Shown: in pieces, positions 42,808 to 53,252 of the stretch | Layout of the letters: each line of letters opens with the position of its first letter | How positions within the stretch are numbered: position 1 is the first letter of the stretch | DNA from: an uncultured Methanomassiliicoccales archaeon | Lineage (GTDB): Archaea; Thermoplasmatota; Thermoplasmata; Methanomassiliicoccales; UBA472 | Assembly (NCBI GenBank): GCA_963695345.1 | Contig: OY968769.1 | Span: 1,344,001-1,408,000 of the forward strand | Reading direction: 5' to 3' | Length of the DNA stretch: 64,000 nucleotides | Made by a program: the position numbers and the translations under genes | Notes under the pieces: model-generated | What the model saw: only the letters and a program-made list of their open reading frames with translations | Told to the model about the DNA's origin: nothing | Database searches by the model: none

Positions 42808-43254
42808 ATGTTGGATGGGCCCCATCCAGTTGGGATGACCGTCGTCGGATTCCTGTATTTCATTGTCGGCATATTGGAATTCTTCGCCGGAATTGGATTG
42901 GTTCTCCTTGCTGGCCTAGGCCAGTCGGACATCATCAGCAACGTTGGTCAGAATGCGCAGGATTGGCTGAAGAATAATTCGATGCTCGTCCTCGTCATGG
43001 GTTTGGCGACTCTTGCGGTGGCGATAATCGATCTGGCCATAGGATATGGATGCTTCAAAGGCTGGGGTTGGGTCTGGACCGCTGGGATGGCCTTCGCTTT
43101 CATATCACTGGTCCTCTCGCTATTCGTGGCCTGGTCCAGGGGGTTCACGCTCTCCGATACGGCGTCCGGACTGGTCGGGTCTATCATAACGATTTTCATC
43201 ATTCTGTACCTCAACACCAGAAAGGTCCGGATCTGGTTCGGAAAATCTGAGTGA
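42808..43254 (+). CDS. 4-TM membrane protein
   Basis: P.G.TV...YG..KG.GW.W...ILYL....V...F pattern of small archaeal membrane proteins. Confidence 0.75.
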   Translation: MLDGPHPVGMTVVGFLYFIVGILEFFAGIGLVLLAGLGQSDIISNVGQNAQDWLKNNSMLVLVMGLATLAVAIIDLAIGYGCFKGWGWVWTAGMAFAFISLVLSLFVAWSRGFTLSDTASGLVGSIITIFIILYLNTRKVRIWFGKSE

Positions 43255-43313
43255 ACGCCGGCTATTGTGAATTAAATGGTCAGCTTGATAACCGACCACC
43301 TCGCTGCAGCGTT

Positions 43314-44039
43314 ATGCGTCATTTCTTCCTCTTCTTGGTCATCGGGGCAGCCCTTCTGATCGTAGTGCCATCGGTCATGCTGTTGTCGATACCTCCCGAA
43401 TCCAGGAGCGACGGGCTTTACCAGGTAGGATCGTACGACTCATTGCTGGGAGGCGATTATGCCGCCCGGTCAGAGGTTAGCGCCCTGATGGAGAATGGTG
43501 ATCTCGGCTTAGGAACCTACACTGGATTGGACGGTGAGATGATCGTGTTGGACGGCATTTGCTATAAGGCGACGGTGGACGGCAAGGTCACTCAAGCCAA
43601 CGACAGCGCCGCCACCCCCTTTGCCCAGGTCACGTACTTCGATCAGGAAGAATATATCAATGTCACCGGAACTCAGAACCTCACCGAGCTGGAGGCATCC
43701 TTGATGTCTGGATTCGCCAGGGAGGACGCCTTCGTTTTCATCAGGATCGATGGCACGTTCACGGAGATGAAGGTCCGAAGCGTGCCGGCACAGTCAGAGC
43801 CCTATCCGCCTCTGGTGGATGTGGTCCAGGAACAGGTGGTGTTCGACCACCGGGACATCTCCGGCACATTGATCGGTCTTTGGAGCCCAAGTTATGCTGG
43901 CACGCTCTCGTACTCCGGTTTCCATTTCCATTTCATCAGTGACGACCGGAGCAAAGGCGGGCACGTGCTCGGTTTTGAGGCGGAAGGCGTTTCCGCCGCC
44001 CTCGATTACACCGACGGCCTGCAGGCAATTCTCAGTTGA
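43314..44039 (+). CDS. budA: Alpha-acetolactate decarboxylase with N-terminal TM/signal
   Basis: GDLGLGTYTGLDGEM, TPFA, RSVPAQ..PYP and GFHFHFISDDRSKGGH. Confidence 0.9.
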   Translation: MRHFFLFLVIGAALLIVVPSVMLLSIPPESRSDGLYQVGSYDSLLGGDYAARSEVSALMENGDLGLGTYTGLDGEMIVLDGICYKATVDGKVTQANDSAATPFAQVTYFDQEEYINVTGTQNLTELEASLMSGFAREDAFVFIRIDGTFTEMKVRSVPAQSEPYPPLVDVVQEQVVFDHRDISGTLIGLWSPSYAGTLSYSGFHFHFISDDRSKGGHVLGFEAEGVSAALDYTDGLQAILS

Positions 44040-44060
44040 GCTCAGAATTGGAACGGTCCA

Positions 44061-44867
44061 TCAGGAGGCGGCGCTCCAGACCTTCAGATACTCTGCGGTC
44101 GAAGATACCGAATGAACCATGACCGTTGAGTTCTTCCTGAGCACGAACTCGCTCAATCCTTCGTTTGTTGCTGGGTTTCCCCAGTCAAAGGTGTACCCGA
44201 GTCGGGTCCATGGGAACTTCTTCGGATAGTAAGAGCTGACCGTGTTCCCATCATACCACTGTTTGTATGTGGCGTTGATGTTCTTGGGTATCGTCAAGGA
44301 TGCTGTAGTATCGTTGATCTCATTGTCCGCCGAAGGTCGGAAGAGATCGGCGGGGTGAACATATATTTCAACGAAGTAGAGGTTGTAATTCGATGGCGGA
44401 AGGCCCAACAACTGGGCGGCCCGCAGGGTCAGGTTCGCGTTATGGTCGACTTTCTCTCTGAAGAAGGCCTGCAGTTGCGGCGCGACCGTGAGCCAGGTCT
44501 CCCCCCACCAGGTGGACACGTTGCTCCCCACTGGATAGCTGGAGTTGTACTTCGTCCAGGTGACCATGAGGACAGTCCAGTTGTCTTCGGTGCCTTGTAT
44601 GACCAGATCACGGTTGGAAAAAATGATCGGGGTAAGATCGTCGACGCTGCCCCGGTCAGGCAGCATCGTCCTGTTGATCGAATCGTTGTACGCCTCTTCC
44701 AGAGTGAGAGACCTTTTCGCCGGCGAGGTAACCACCATCACCGCCTGGAATACCACCAGTCCCACCAATAGGCCAGCCATGAAAATGGCCATGAACATGA
44801 CCCTGCGTTTCCCCTTGTCCGATGCGACGACGGTAACCCCTTCCGGCTTAACCAGCCCTCCGCGCAT
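44061..44867 (-). CDS. Membrane-anchored conserved hypothetical protein
   Basis: N-terminal TM; QLLGLPP, DLFRP and PWTRLGYTFDWG...GLSEF motifs. Confidence 0.78.
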   Translation of the reverse strand: MRGGLVKPEGVTVVASDKGKRRVMFMAIFMAGLLVGLVVFQAVMVVTSPAKRSLTLEEAYNDSINRTMLPDRGSVDDLTPIIFSNRDLVIQGTEDNWTVLMVTWTKYNSSYPVGSNVSTWWGETWLTVAPQLQAFFREKVDHNANLTLRAAQLLGLPPSNYNLYFVEIYVHPADLFRPSADNEINDTTASLTIPKNINATYKQWYDGNTVSSYYPKKFPWTRLGYTFDWGNPATNEGLSEFVLRKNSTVMVHSVSSTAEYLKVWSAAS

Positions 44868-45069
44868 ATTAGCCTTACGAGGTGAGTATCATCACAGAAA
44901 CGACCTCGACTCATGATGGTGGCCGATGCTGCGATGGGATCGATCCACCTTAAGTGCGGAACATCCAGAAATCGACTTATCAGCCAATCCATCGCGTCCA
45001 CAGGCTAAGGCCCCGGCTTCCCACCCAATCACGGTCCAAGTATGGCTGTTCGTCCAGTGATCGGAGCCG

Positions 45070-46595
45070 TCATTTCGGCTCACTGTTCTTGTGCCTATAT
45101 CGTTCCACGACCCCGAGGGTCTTCAGTTTGCCCAGACTCCAGGACAGATATGGCTCCATGGCCCCCGCAAACCACGCACCGTTTCCCCAACGGTATCATC
45201 TCAGCATCGATCTGCATGGAGAGGGCCAGCAGCCCTTTCCTTTCCTGGCTGGCCTTCTCGCTGTCCACGTTCACCGAGGTCATGAGGTTCTTGGCCAGGA
45301 TGTTGAACTCTTCGCGTTCTGGGGTCAGAGTGTCGAAACCGATCAGCGAGTCCGCCGAGAAGAGGAAACCCTGTTCCGGGAACAGAAGGAATATCTGACC
45401 ATGCAGGTGTCCGCCCAGGCTCTCCAACGCCTCGAACTCCATTCCGGCGAAGCGATCCCGGGCGATGATGCGGAACGGACCCCTTTTTCCATGGTCCCCG
45501 TCCAGCATTCTGAACTTTGAAGGCGGCCGGAAATTCGAGAACATGTTTATCAGGCGGGTGTACACCTCTTCCAGGATGGAGGATTCCAGCTTGGAGCCGT
45601 AGGCCCGGTTCGACCTTTCCACGATATCCACCGTCCCCGGATGGGCGAACGATTCCGCATCGAAGAGGCCAGCACCCCCGGAGTGGTCCGCGTCCGCATG
45701 GCTGATGAAGATGCGTTTGATCATCGACAGGTCGTCCGACTCCGTGATCGGCCAGCATGTGCACCACATCGTCGTGGTAGATCCCGTAGCCGGTATCCAC
45801 CAGCATGACCTCGTCGGCCGACACCAGGGCGAACACGCTCCCTCCGCACGGCAGCTGGAAGCAATACAGTTGTGCCCTGTCGTTCATCTCCAGTTGCTGG
45901 ACATCGGCATAGAACCCCTTGCCTACGGTGGCTTTGATGGTCTTGCCGGTCAGAAGAACACTGTTGAAGACGAGCTTCGGGTCCTCGCCCAGGTTGTGCA
46001 GCTCCTGCACTATGTGATTGATGTCCGACAGTAGCTGGAGGAGGAACTGGTCCTCCGTGTCGCCGATCAACTGGCGTAGTTCCTGGGCGAAACGGATGTA
46101 GAAGACGGTATCATCCAGGTGCTTGCCGGTGGTATCGTACTCCAGGATCTCCAGCGGATATCTCGATTTCAGTTCCTCCAGAAGTCCCTGGACCAGGGAA
46201 CTGTCCTCGATGGTGAGGCTGACCGTCAAACGTTCCGGAAACTTGCCCCGATCGTCGAAATCGAGAAAAGCGATGTTGCATCCGGCGGAAGTGGTGCTGT
46301 TCAGGAATTCGAACAAGGCCCCTGGCCGGTTCGGCAGGTATACGTTGAACTTAAGGAAACTGGGAACTGCCAGGGAGTCCTGGAGGAATCCGAGAAGTTC
46401 CAGCTCCTTCTTGATGCGTTCGTACGCATTGTCATCACACCGGATCTCGAAAAAGACCGTGTATGGGTCGATCCTACGGTCATAGTGGATGCGGTCCACG
46501 TTCCCCCGGTATCGAGTGACGATCTCGGCCGCCTTATGGAGCGCCCCTGGTTCGTCTGGCATGTGCGCCACGAAGTAGAAGACCTTCTGCATCAT
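45070..46595 (-). CDS. ACT-domain + MBL-fold hydrolase; extra bases near 45737 and 45132
   Basis: MPDEPGAL and LPNRPGAL ACT motifs, VDTGYG, SHADADH, GGHLHG and CGGHG; the pieces join after two single-base removals. Confidence 0.82.
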
Positions 46596-46826
46596 GAAGC
46601 CTCAGGGCTGCCATGGTCATTGACGGCTTAAAATATTGGGCACGAACGCATGGGCATCAGATGCGATCGGGTCGAATCTGGCGCGAGCTTTTACTGGCAT
46701 ACGATCCGAAGACCAAGCATTCTAGAGGGTTTCTAAACATTTCTACGCCATGAAGGTTAACCGAGTTGCACCATTTGAGGATACTAGTTTTTATACGATG
46801 GTTGTTCAAGATCATCAGGGGATTTT

Positions 46827-47315
46827 ATGTTTCGAGATATTAGAAGGAAAAAACAACTCCTGCCAAAAGAATCAACAGAGGAAATATTAAGAAATGGCCG
46901 GACCGGCGTTATGGCCGTTTCAGGCGACAACGAATATCCCTATGCAGTCCCTCTCAACTATGCGTACGAAAATGGAAAAATCTATTTCCATTGTGCCAGA
47001 TCAGGCCACAAACTGGACGCCATCAGAAGGCACGACAAGGCATCGTTCTGTGTCGTTGAAAAGGAACATGTTGTGCCAGAATTGTTCGCAACGGATTTTA
47101 GAAGCGTCATCGCGTTCGGAAGGGCGAAAGAGGTCGAGGACGACGCGGAGAAATTTCGTATCATGCGGCTCTTGAACAACAAATACGCTCCTGGCCTTTC
47201 TGAAGCGGGAGAGAAAGAAATTCAAAAGGACTGGAGTATCTTGTGCGTGGTACAAATTGATGTGGAACATTTGACCGGTAAAGAGGCTTCAGAACAGGTC
47301 AAGAAGCATAGTTAG
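46827..47315 (+). CDS. Pyridoxamine 5'-phosphate oxidase-like/NimA-family flavoprotein
   Basis: PYAVPLNY, IYFHCARSGHK, SVIAFG and LTGKE. Confidence 0.88.
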   Translation: MFRDIRRKKQLLPKESTEEILRNGRTGVMAVSGDNEYPYAVPLNYAYENGKIYFHCARSGHKLDAIRRHDKASFCVVEKEHVVPELFATDFRSVIAFGRAKEVEDDAEKFRIMRLLNNKYAPGLSEAGEKEIQKDWSILCVVQIDVEHLTGKEASEQVKKHS

Positions 47316-47509
47316 CGCTGCTATCATGATCGGATATTAGGGATGCAGATGTAACGGCAGCATAATCCTCGCGACGATAGCCTCACCCAGGGGTTCTCTT
47401 GGCCGTCTCGAAGCATTCTACCATCCATTTCCCGAACCTTGTCATTGAATATTCTATTAATGATCCTTCAAACGATTTTGTTAAATCACTCTGCGTCATG
47501 ATGTCGTCG

Positions 47510-48271
47510 ATGTGCCGCATCTTCGCCATGGCTGCCGAGCAGGACATCCCTCCAGTGATCAGGTCGAGATTGCTCAGGGAATTCTTCCAGTCCTCAGCGG
47601 AGACCTATTCGGGAGGATGGGGCATAGGATACTTCACCGACGACGGTCCGATGGTGATCAAGGAGCCGATCAAGGCCACCGATAGCTTTGCCCTGCCCGG
47701 AGCCATCCGCAGATCGGAACCGGGATTCATCATGGCCCACGTAAGAAACCCTACCTCGGGCGAAAGGAGCCTCCTCAACACTCACCCTTTCCACAAGGAT
47801 GGTTGGTTGTTCTCCCACAACGGCACGCTGGGGGACCCTGAATCCCTCAGGATCGGTTTGCTCGAACGTTATTCCGACACTCTTCAGGGCGACACCGATT
47901 CGGAGATCATGTTCCACTTCATGCTCCAGAGGATGGAAGAGGCAGGTCAGGCCGAGTCCGGGGTCCTCTCCGCGGTCCGGGAACTGATCCGCCTCCAGGG
48001 CGAGGGAACATCCTCCCTGAACTTTGCATTGACGGACGGAACGGTGCTGTTCGCGCTCAGAAAGGCCTTCATCAATGATGAGAAATATCCGATCAACTTC
48101 GCCAGCCTGGGGACTTTGGGTCTGGTAAGGGAAAGGATGCCCGGTCATAACGACCTGTCAAGTGCCACGGTGGTTTCTTCCGAACCATTCACAACAGGAG
48201 AATGGACCGGTCTGGAAATGGGGGAGATGCTCATCGCCAAGGCTGATGGTCGTCGTGTCATCAAGGTCTGA
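47510..48271 (+). CDS. Class II glutamine amidotransferase (YafJ/EgtC-like)
   Basis: N-terminal MCR, GWGIG, AHVR, NTHPF, HNG and GDTDSE. Confidence 0.9.
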   Translation: MCRIFAMAAEQDIPPVIRSRLLREFFQSSAETYSGGWGIGYFTDDGPMVIKEPIKATDSFALPGAIRRSEPGFIMAHVRNPTSGERSLLNTHPFHKDGWLFSHNGTLGDPESLRIGLLERYSDTLQGDTDSEIMFHFMLQRMEEAGQAESGVLSAVRELIRLQGEGTSSLNFALTDGTVLFALRKAFINDEKYPINFASLGTLGLVRERMPGHNDLSSATVVSSEPFTTGEWTGLEMGEMLIAKADGRRVIKV

Positions 48272-48580
48272 GCATCACTTGAAATACCGCTCAAGTGCGA
48301 TCATCCGGCAAATCAGTCATTATCCAGCCTGCAATCACCTCTATTGAAAGCGGCTCTTGTGCGTTGTCCCCGAATCATTTCGCTCATGATCATCCTAATC
48401 CCACTTGCCGGAACAACACCCTTCCGCATTTCAATTGTCCAGGCCAAATCGAGAGCTCCATCATCTAGAGAAGGTGGTTCTGTCGTCAAGGTAACCGGTT
48501 CAAGCAAAAAAGTCTCAATCAGTTTCGGTGACTCAAAGAAAGATATGAAAGGGACTACCTTCCACGCTGTCGATAGGACC

Positions 48581-49171
48581 TCAAGGCCTGAACCTGGACG
48601 CCCTGCGGATGACCTGCCTGATGCCGACGGCGATCTCCATGAAGTTGATCTTTCCCACCAGCATATACGCGATGGTGAAAGAGAAGTAGGGCAGGATGTA
48701 GATCCAGTCGAACATGCCGTAGGCAACCATGCCGAACAGGGCGATGTCACTGAACGGACGATAGTGACAGAACTTCTCCGCAAAGTAGCCTAGACGGTGC
48801 TTATGAGCGAAACCGTCAACTACCTCATCGACGAAGCCAGCGAATAGGAATAGCACGATCGGGACCCAAAGGAATGTGACGTTGGTGTCAAACATGAACA
48901 GCCCCATCATCACGAACGCTATGCTCGATCCAGCTGCGAAAGCTACGTTGTCGATCTTCTTCGCCAATACCAGGCTGATTATCATTGCGATGAAGAAAGC
49001 AGTGGAGAACGGGCTGTCGAAAGCCATCAGAGTGCCCATCAGAACGCCGGCGGTGATCGCCACCAGGTTGGCGGACCGTATCGAGAACTCATGCTCGTCA
49101 TATGCCTGATCGATATACTTTATGGCATAACCAAGGAAAGCGAATGTAACAATGAGTATGATCGGATCCAT
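48581..49171 (-). CDS. Multi-pass membrane protein of unknown function
   Basis: 196-aa hydrophobic ORF with KYIDQAYDE, KID and DE motifs. Confidence 0.75.
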   Translation of the reverse strand: MDPIILIVTFAFLGYAIKYIDQAYDEHEFSIRSANLVAITAGVLMGTLMAFDSPFSTAFFIAMIISLVLAKKIDNVAFAAGSSIAFVMMGLFMFDTNVTFLWVPIVLFLFAGFVDEVVDGFAHKHRLGYFAEKFCHYRPFSDIALFGMVAYGMFDWIYILPYFSFTIAYMLVGKINFMEIAVGIRQVIRRASRFRP

Positions 49172-49483
49172 CTGATGACCTTTTTGTTCTTACCGGACCA
49201 GTCTCCGACCGAACGACCATCCACCAATGATCGCGATCCGAGGTCTTGCCGATGTGTGCATCCCTTACATGTACAGCGGTCGACGCCGGGACTTGGATTA
49301 GATAGGCATGCCCTATTCCGATATTAACACATTGCGTTGTGGCTATCCTGATTATTATTTTCCACTACGTCGCTTACCTGTCCTGACTGGCCTGTGGTCG
49401 AGTGAAGCATCTGAACAGGCATCATTGACCGAAGTGTCAACGGTAAACCGCAATTGATATACGCATAGATCATTCGAACGGTC

Positions 49484-51331
49484 ATGAGGAAGCCTTACGC
49501 CCCGATCGCCTTGTTGATCGGTTTGCTCATCGTGGCCGCCGGAATGGCCGTCATGGTGCAGCCGGAAAAAGGAACAACGATCGCCGGCCTGCAATCATTC
49601 AGCAGTTACTCTGAACTCAACTCCTATCTTGAACAGAATTCCGGGACCAAGGGGCTGGGCTATAGCTCCAATGGTGCAAAGGAGGCAACCGCGTCGGCAG
49701 ATTCCAGCCAGTCCTATTCCACAACGAACGTTCAGGTGATGAACGTGCAGGAGGAGGACCGAGTCCTCACTGATGGGGCCATCATCTACTCTGCTGGGTT
49801 GGAGACGGTGAGCGTCATCAAAGGCTACCCCGCTTCTGAGATGAGGAACATCACCTCGCTCAATATGACCCATCTTCTGAACGTCCCAACAGGTTCCAAC
49901 GTCTATGTTGTCGGACTCTATCTGATAGAGGACAAGCTCATCGTCATATGCCAGGTGACCCACTATTCCGCCGGCAATGCCGCCGGTGTCCTGTCCCAGG
50001 TGGCTATGCCTTACCAGATCTGGACGACCAGGACCACGGTGACCATATTCGAAATCGCCGATCCCAGTGCCCCGATTCTAAAGAAAACCATTGGCATAAG
50101 CGGTTCCTTCACGACGAGCAGAGCGCAGGGAAATGACCTTTACATATTCTCGACCCAGTATGCCTGGGACTATGCCGGAGGAAGCTCGGCCATACCAGCT
50201 ACCACTAGCGACGGAAATGAGACCATGTTTGCACCCGGAAAGATCCTTTTCGATCCTTCTGACACCGCGGTCGGCTGCTTCCTCAACCTGGTCCGCATGA
50301 ACGTGTCCGATCTCACCATGGATGAAAAATCATTCCTCACTGGATACAGCTCGGTGCTGTACATGTCTGAGAAGAGCATCTTCGTAGCCTACCCCCACTA
50401 TGCGTGGGCTACGTCTTCGATGGCAACGGATGATGTCGTCTCCATCTCAACCACAAACCAGGGTTCATACACCACCATATTCAGCATCGATATTACCGGC
50501 GCGGGCCTGGACCTCAAGGCCACCGGCACGGTGCGGGGGTCCGTGGTCGACCGGTACGCGATCGATGAGAGCGACGGATACATGAGGATCGCCACCACCG
50601 ACTACACGAACGGGACCGAGACGCTAGTATCCGTGCTGTCATCCGACCTCAAGCTGGTCGGTCAGATCGGAGGCATCGGGAAGGGCGAGACCATGCAGTC
50701 ATCCCGATACATAAACGACACGCTCTACCTGGTGACATTCCGTCAGGTCGATCCCCTGTTCGCCATAGATCTCTCTGACCCAGGGGCTCCCAGGATCCTC
50801 GGGGAACTTACGATACCGGGATTCTCCACCTATCTCCATCCGGTCGACGATGACCACCTGATCGGGTTGGGATTCGAGGGCTTCAGCATGAAAGTGTCAC
50901 TCTATGACGTTACCGACAGGACCAACCCCTTGGAGGAACAGAAACTGCTGCTGTCAAACTTCAGCTACTCCCCCGCCCTTTATGACCCGCACGCGGTCAC
51001 CTATGATCCGGTAAGGTCCCTGCTGATAGTGCCAGTGTCCGGTTTCGATTCGACCGCAAGGCAGTATCAATGTTCCGCCTATGTGTTCAACACCTCGGGA
51101 GGGATCTCGCTGGTGGGAACGGCCGGTTCGAACAACACTGGTGGTGTGGACCGGACCCTGTACATCGGCGACTCGCTGTACGTTTGCTCCCAGTACGCCA
51201 TATCGGTGTATGGGATAACCGACCTGTCCTACCGGGGTGGGATTATCCTTGGCAACGTGCAACCATACTGGTACATGTACTACGCGGAAGGCGGCATGGG
51301 AGCAATCCCTATGGCGCTGGAGATGAAATGA
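49484..51331 (+). CDS. Exported beta-propeller domain protein (Beta_propel-like)
   Basis: N-terminal TM; YSTTNVQV..V.E.D, DE.DGYMRIATT, YLVTFRQVDPLF and GELTIPGFSTYLHP. Confidence 0.88.
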   Translation: MRKPYAPIALLIGLLIVAAGMAVMVQPEKGTTIAGLQSFSSYSELNSYLEQNSGTKGLGYSSNGAKEATASADSSQSYSTTNVQVMNVQEEDRVLTDGAIIYSAGLETVSVIKGYPASEMRNITSLNMTHLLNVPTGSNVYVVGLYLIEDKLIVICQVTHYSAGNAAGVLSQVAMPYQIWTTRTTVTIFEIADPSAPILKKTIGISGSFTTSRAQGNDLYIFSTQYAWDYAGGSSAIPATTSDGNETMFAPGKILFDPSDTAVGCFLNLVRMNVSDLTMDEKSFLTGYSSVLYMSEKSIFVAYPHYAWATSSMATDDVVSISTTNQGSYTTIFSIDITGAGLDLKATGTVRGSVVDRYAIDESDGYMRIATTDYTNGTETLVSVLSSDLKLVGQIGGIGKGETMQSSRYINDTLYLVTFRQVDPLFAIDLSDPGAPRILGELTIPGFSTYLHPVDDDHLIGLGFEGFSMKVSLYDVTDRTNPLEEQKLLLSNFSYSPALYDPHAVTYDPVRSLLIVPVSGFDSTARQYQCSAYVFNTSGGISLVGTAGSNNTGGVDRTLYIGDSLYVCSQYAISVYGITDLSYRGGIILGNVQPYWYMYYAEGGMGAIPMALEMK

Positions 51332-51972
51332 GAGGGATTAATCTATCAGAGGCCTATCGCGGACTAGAGGAAACCGAATTGCGCGTGGAACTCGATAGGA
51401 AGGCGCTTTTCGCGCTCGCGTCCGATACCCGCATGGACATCCTGAAGTCCCTGCAATCCAACCGCAGGACGGTATCACAGCTGGCCGAGACCATAGGGGT
51501 CGACAAGGCGGCTGTCCATCGCCATCTCAAAAAGCTCGAGGAGGGAGGTTTCGTGAAGCGCGAGGAGGACCATGGGTTCGTCTACTACGGGCTATCGTGG
51601 AAGGCGCGGGACATCCTGTCCCCCAATGAGAACACCAAGATAGTGGTCCTGATCACCGCCTCTATCGTTTTGATCGGTGCGATTGTTCTTATGATATACA
51701 TGATGAACGCAGCGAGCCCCATGTATGCCGGCGAGGCGCAACAGAGCCCGCTCCAAGGTGCCGATCAATATGGGGCTGGCCAGGATGCGTTAAAAACCGC
51801 GGAAACGACCGGAGCCGACATACTAACGATGATGTCACCGATGCTAATCGCCCTTCCCATATCAGTGGCCCTGTTGTTCCTGGCCTATCGCAGGGGCGTA
51901 AGGCCCCGGCAGGCCGATCCGCCTCGGGAGCCTGAGTCCTATGGAGAACCGCCCGCATCCATGTACGACTGA
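51328..51972 (+). CDS. ArsR-like winged-helix regulator with two C-terminal TM helices
   Basis: LFALASDTRMDILKSL...SQLAE...VHRHLKKL; hydrophobic IVVLITASIVLIGAIVLMIYM and MLIALPISVALLFLAY; ATGA overlap. Confidence 0.85.
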   Translation: MRGINLSEAYRGLEETELRVELDRKALFALASDTRMDILKSLQSNRRTVSQLAETIGVDKAAVHRHLKKLEEGGFVKREEDHGFVYYGLSWKARDILSPNENTKIVVLITASIVLIGAIVLMIYMMNAASPMYAGEAQQSPLQGADQYGAGQDALKTAETTGADILTMMSPMLIALPISVALLFLAYRRGVRPRQADPPREPESYGEPPASMYD

Positions 51973-52181
51973 TGGGCGATCCAGCGTTCAAAAGACACTG
52001 GGGTTCGAAGACATCGAAAAATGACCGGCCTGGCCTCAACAGGCTCTGCCTTTCAGACCCTGACAGCGAAACCATTAATATGCTGGGAGAATTGGCTTTC
52101 ACGCTGCGATCTGGAGGATATGCCCGGTGCTTCAGCGTTCAATAGCTGCCCATCTTGGGCCGATCCATGGGGTGTTCTAAA

Positions 52182-53054
52182 TTGAGGACGCTAGGGATAT
52201 TTGTCGACCGGCAAGCCCTGAGCTACTCGCGCATGCTGACAATGCTGATCAAATGCCGCGACACCGCAGAAGGCATGGGTCACCGCTCCTATTTCATCTT
52301 CCCAGTAGAGATAAAGAAGGTCCTCAGGACCGATGCGCTCTTCATCCGGAGCCGGACCGACCCACTGAACATATCATTCATCGCCTCCAAGATGGCTGAG
52401 ATGCACGACATACCGGTCATTGACGACCCGAGATCGATACAGATATGCTCAGACAAGGTCAACATGTACCTGCATCTGATCAAGGCGAACGTTCCAGTGC
52501 CCAGGACCGAGTTCGTCAGGAAGGGCGATTTCGGTGTAGAAAATATCACCAGGATCCTGGAGTCCATGTCCGGGTCGATGATTCTGAAGGAGCCATCCAC
52601 CACCCTTGGGAACCGGGTGAAGAAGGTGACATCACCGTCGGATGCGCACCGCATCGCCGGGAGCTATCTGAAAATGTCCGACTGGATCATTGCGCAGGAA
52701 TACATCGAGAGCGATGAGGATTGGAAGATCGGGGTGCTCGATGGGGAATTGCTGTACGCCTGCCGTTACGTCCTTCCCACCGAATCACAGAAGATCGTGG
52801 CCAGCGAAGAAGGCGAGATACCTGACTACGCATCGGAGAGCGTCCCTCGGGAAATGGTCCCGGTGGAGACCATTGACCTGGCGGTCAGGGCGGCCAAGGC
52901 CATCGGGAAAGGTCTCTACAGCGTCGACATCAAACAGCGCGGGGGCAGACAGTTCGTGATAGAGGTCAATGATAACCCGTCCCTCGAGAGCGGCGAGGAT
53001 GAATATTATCCTCAAATATTCAATCAAATCATCTCGAACCTGATGGAAAGGTAG
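52182..53054 (+). CDS. RimK-like ATP-grasp ligase
   Basis: DALFIR, VIDDP.SI..C.DK, QEYI and SVDIK...IEVNDNPS; likely TTG start after GGGGTG. Confidence 0.88.
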   Translation: MRTLGIFVDRQALSYSRMLTMLIKCRDTAEGMGHRSYFIFPVEIKKVLRTDALFIRSRTDPLNISFIASKMAEMHDIPVIDDPRSIQICSDKVNMYLHLIKANVPVPRTEFVRKGDFGVENITRILESMSGSMILKEPSTTLGNRVKKVTSPSDAHRIAGSYLKMSDWIIAQEYIESDEDWKIGVLDGELLYACRYVLPTESQKIVASEEGEIPDYASESVPREMVPVETIDLAVRAAKAIGKGLYSVDIKQRGGRQFVIEVNDNPSLESGEDEYYPQIFNQIISNLMER

Positions 53055-53252
53055 TGGCAAGGGCGTTGATCGGTACAAAAGGCCGGTGCGTCCTCAAGCG
53101 GAACAACATACTGGCAGAGATGATGTGGGCGAGGGAGGGCGAAGGGGCCGTCCTTAACTTGAAGGAAAATGCGTAGCGCCCCCTCACCGATGTTCCTTAT
53201 CACGATTGAAATGAATTCACATTCTCATCCACTCTTCAGGCCATTACATTTT

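Noticed and set aside
51991-52009. AAAGACACTGGGGTTCGAA resembling the tRNA-Arg(TCG) T arm
   Set aside because: No complementary T-stem half or acceptor stem and no compositional break; likely chance
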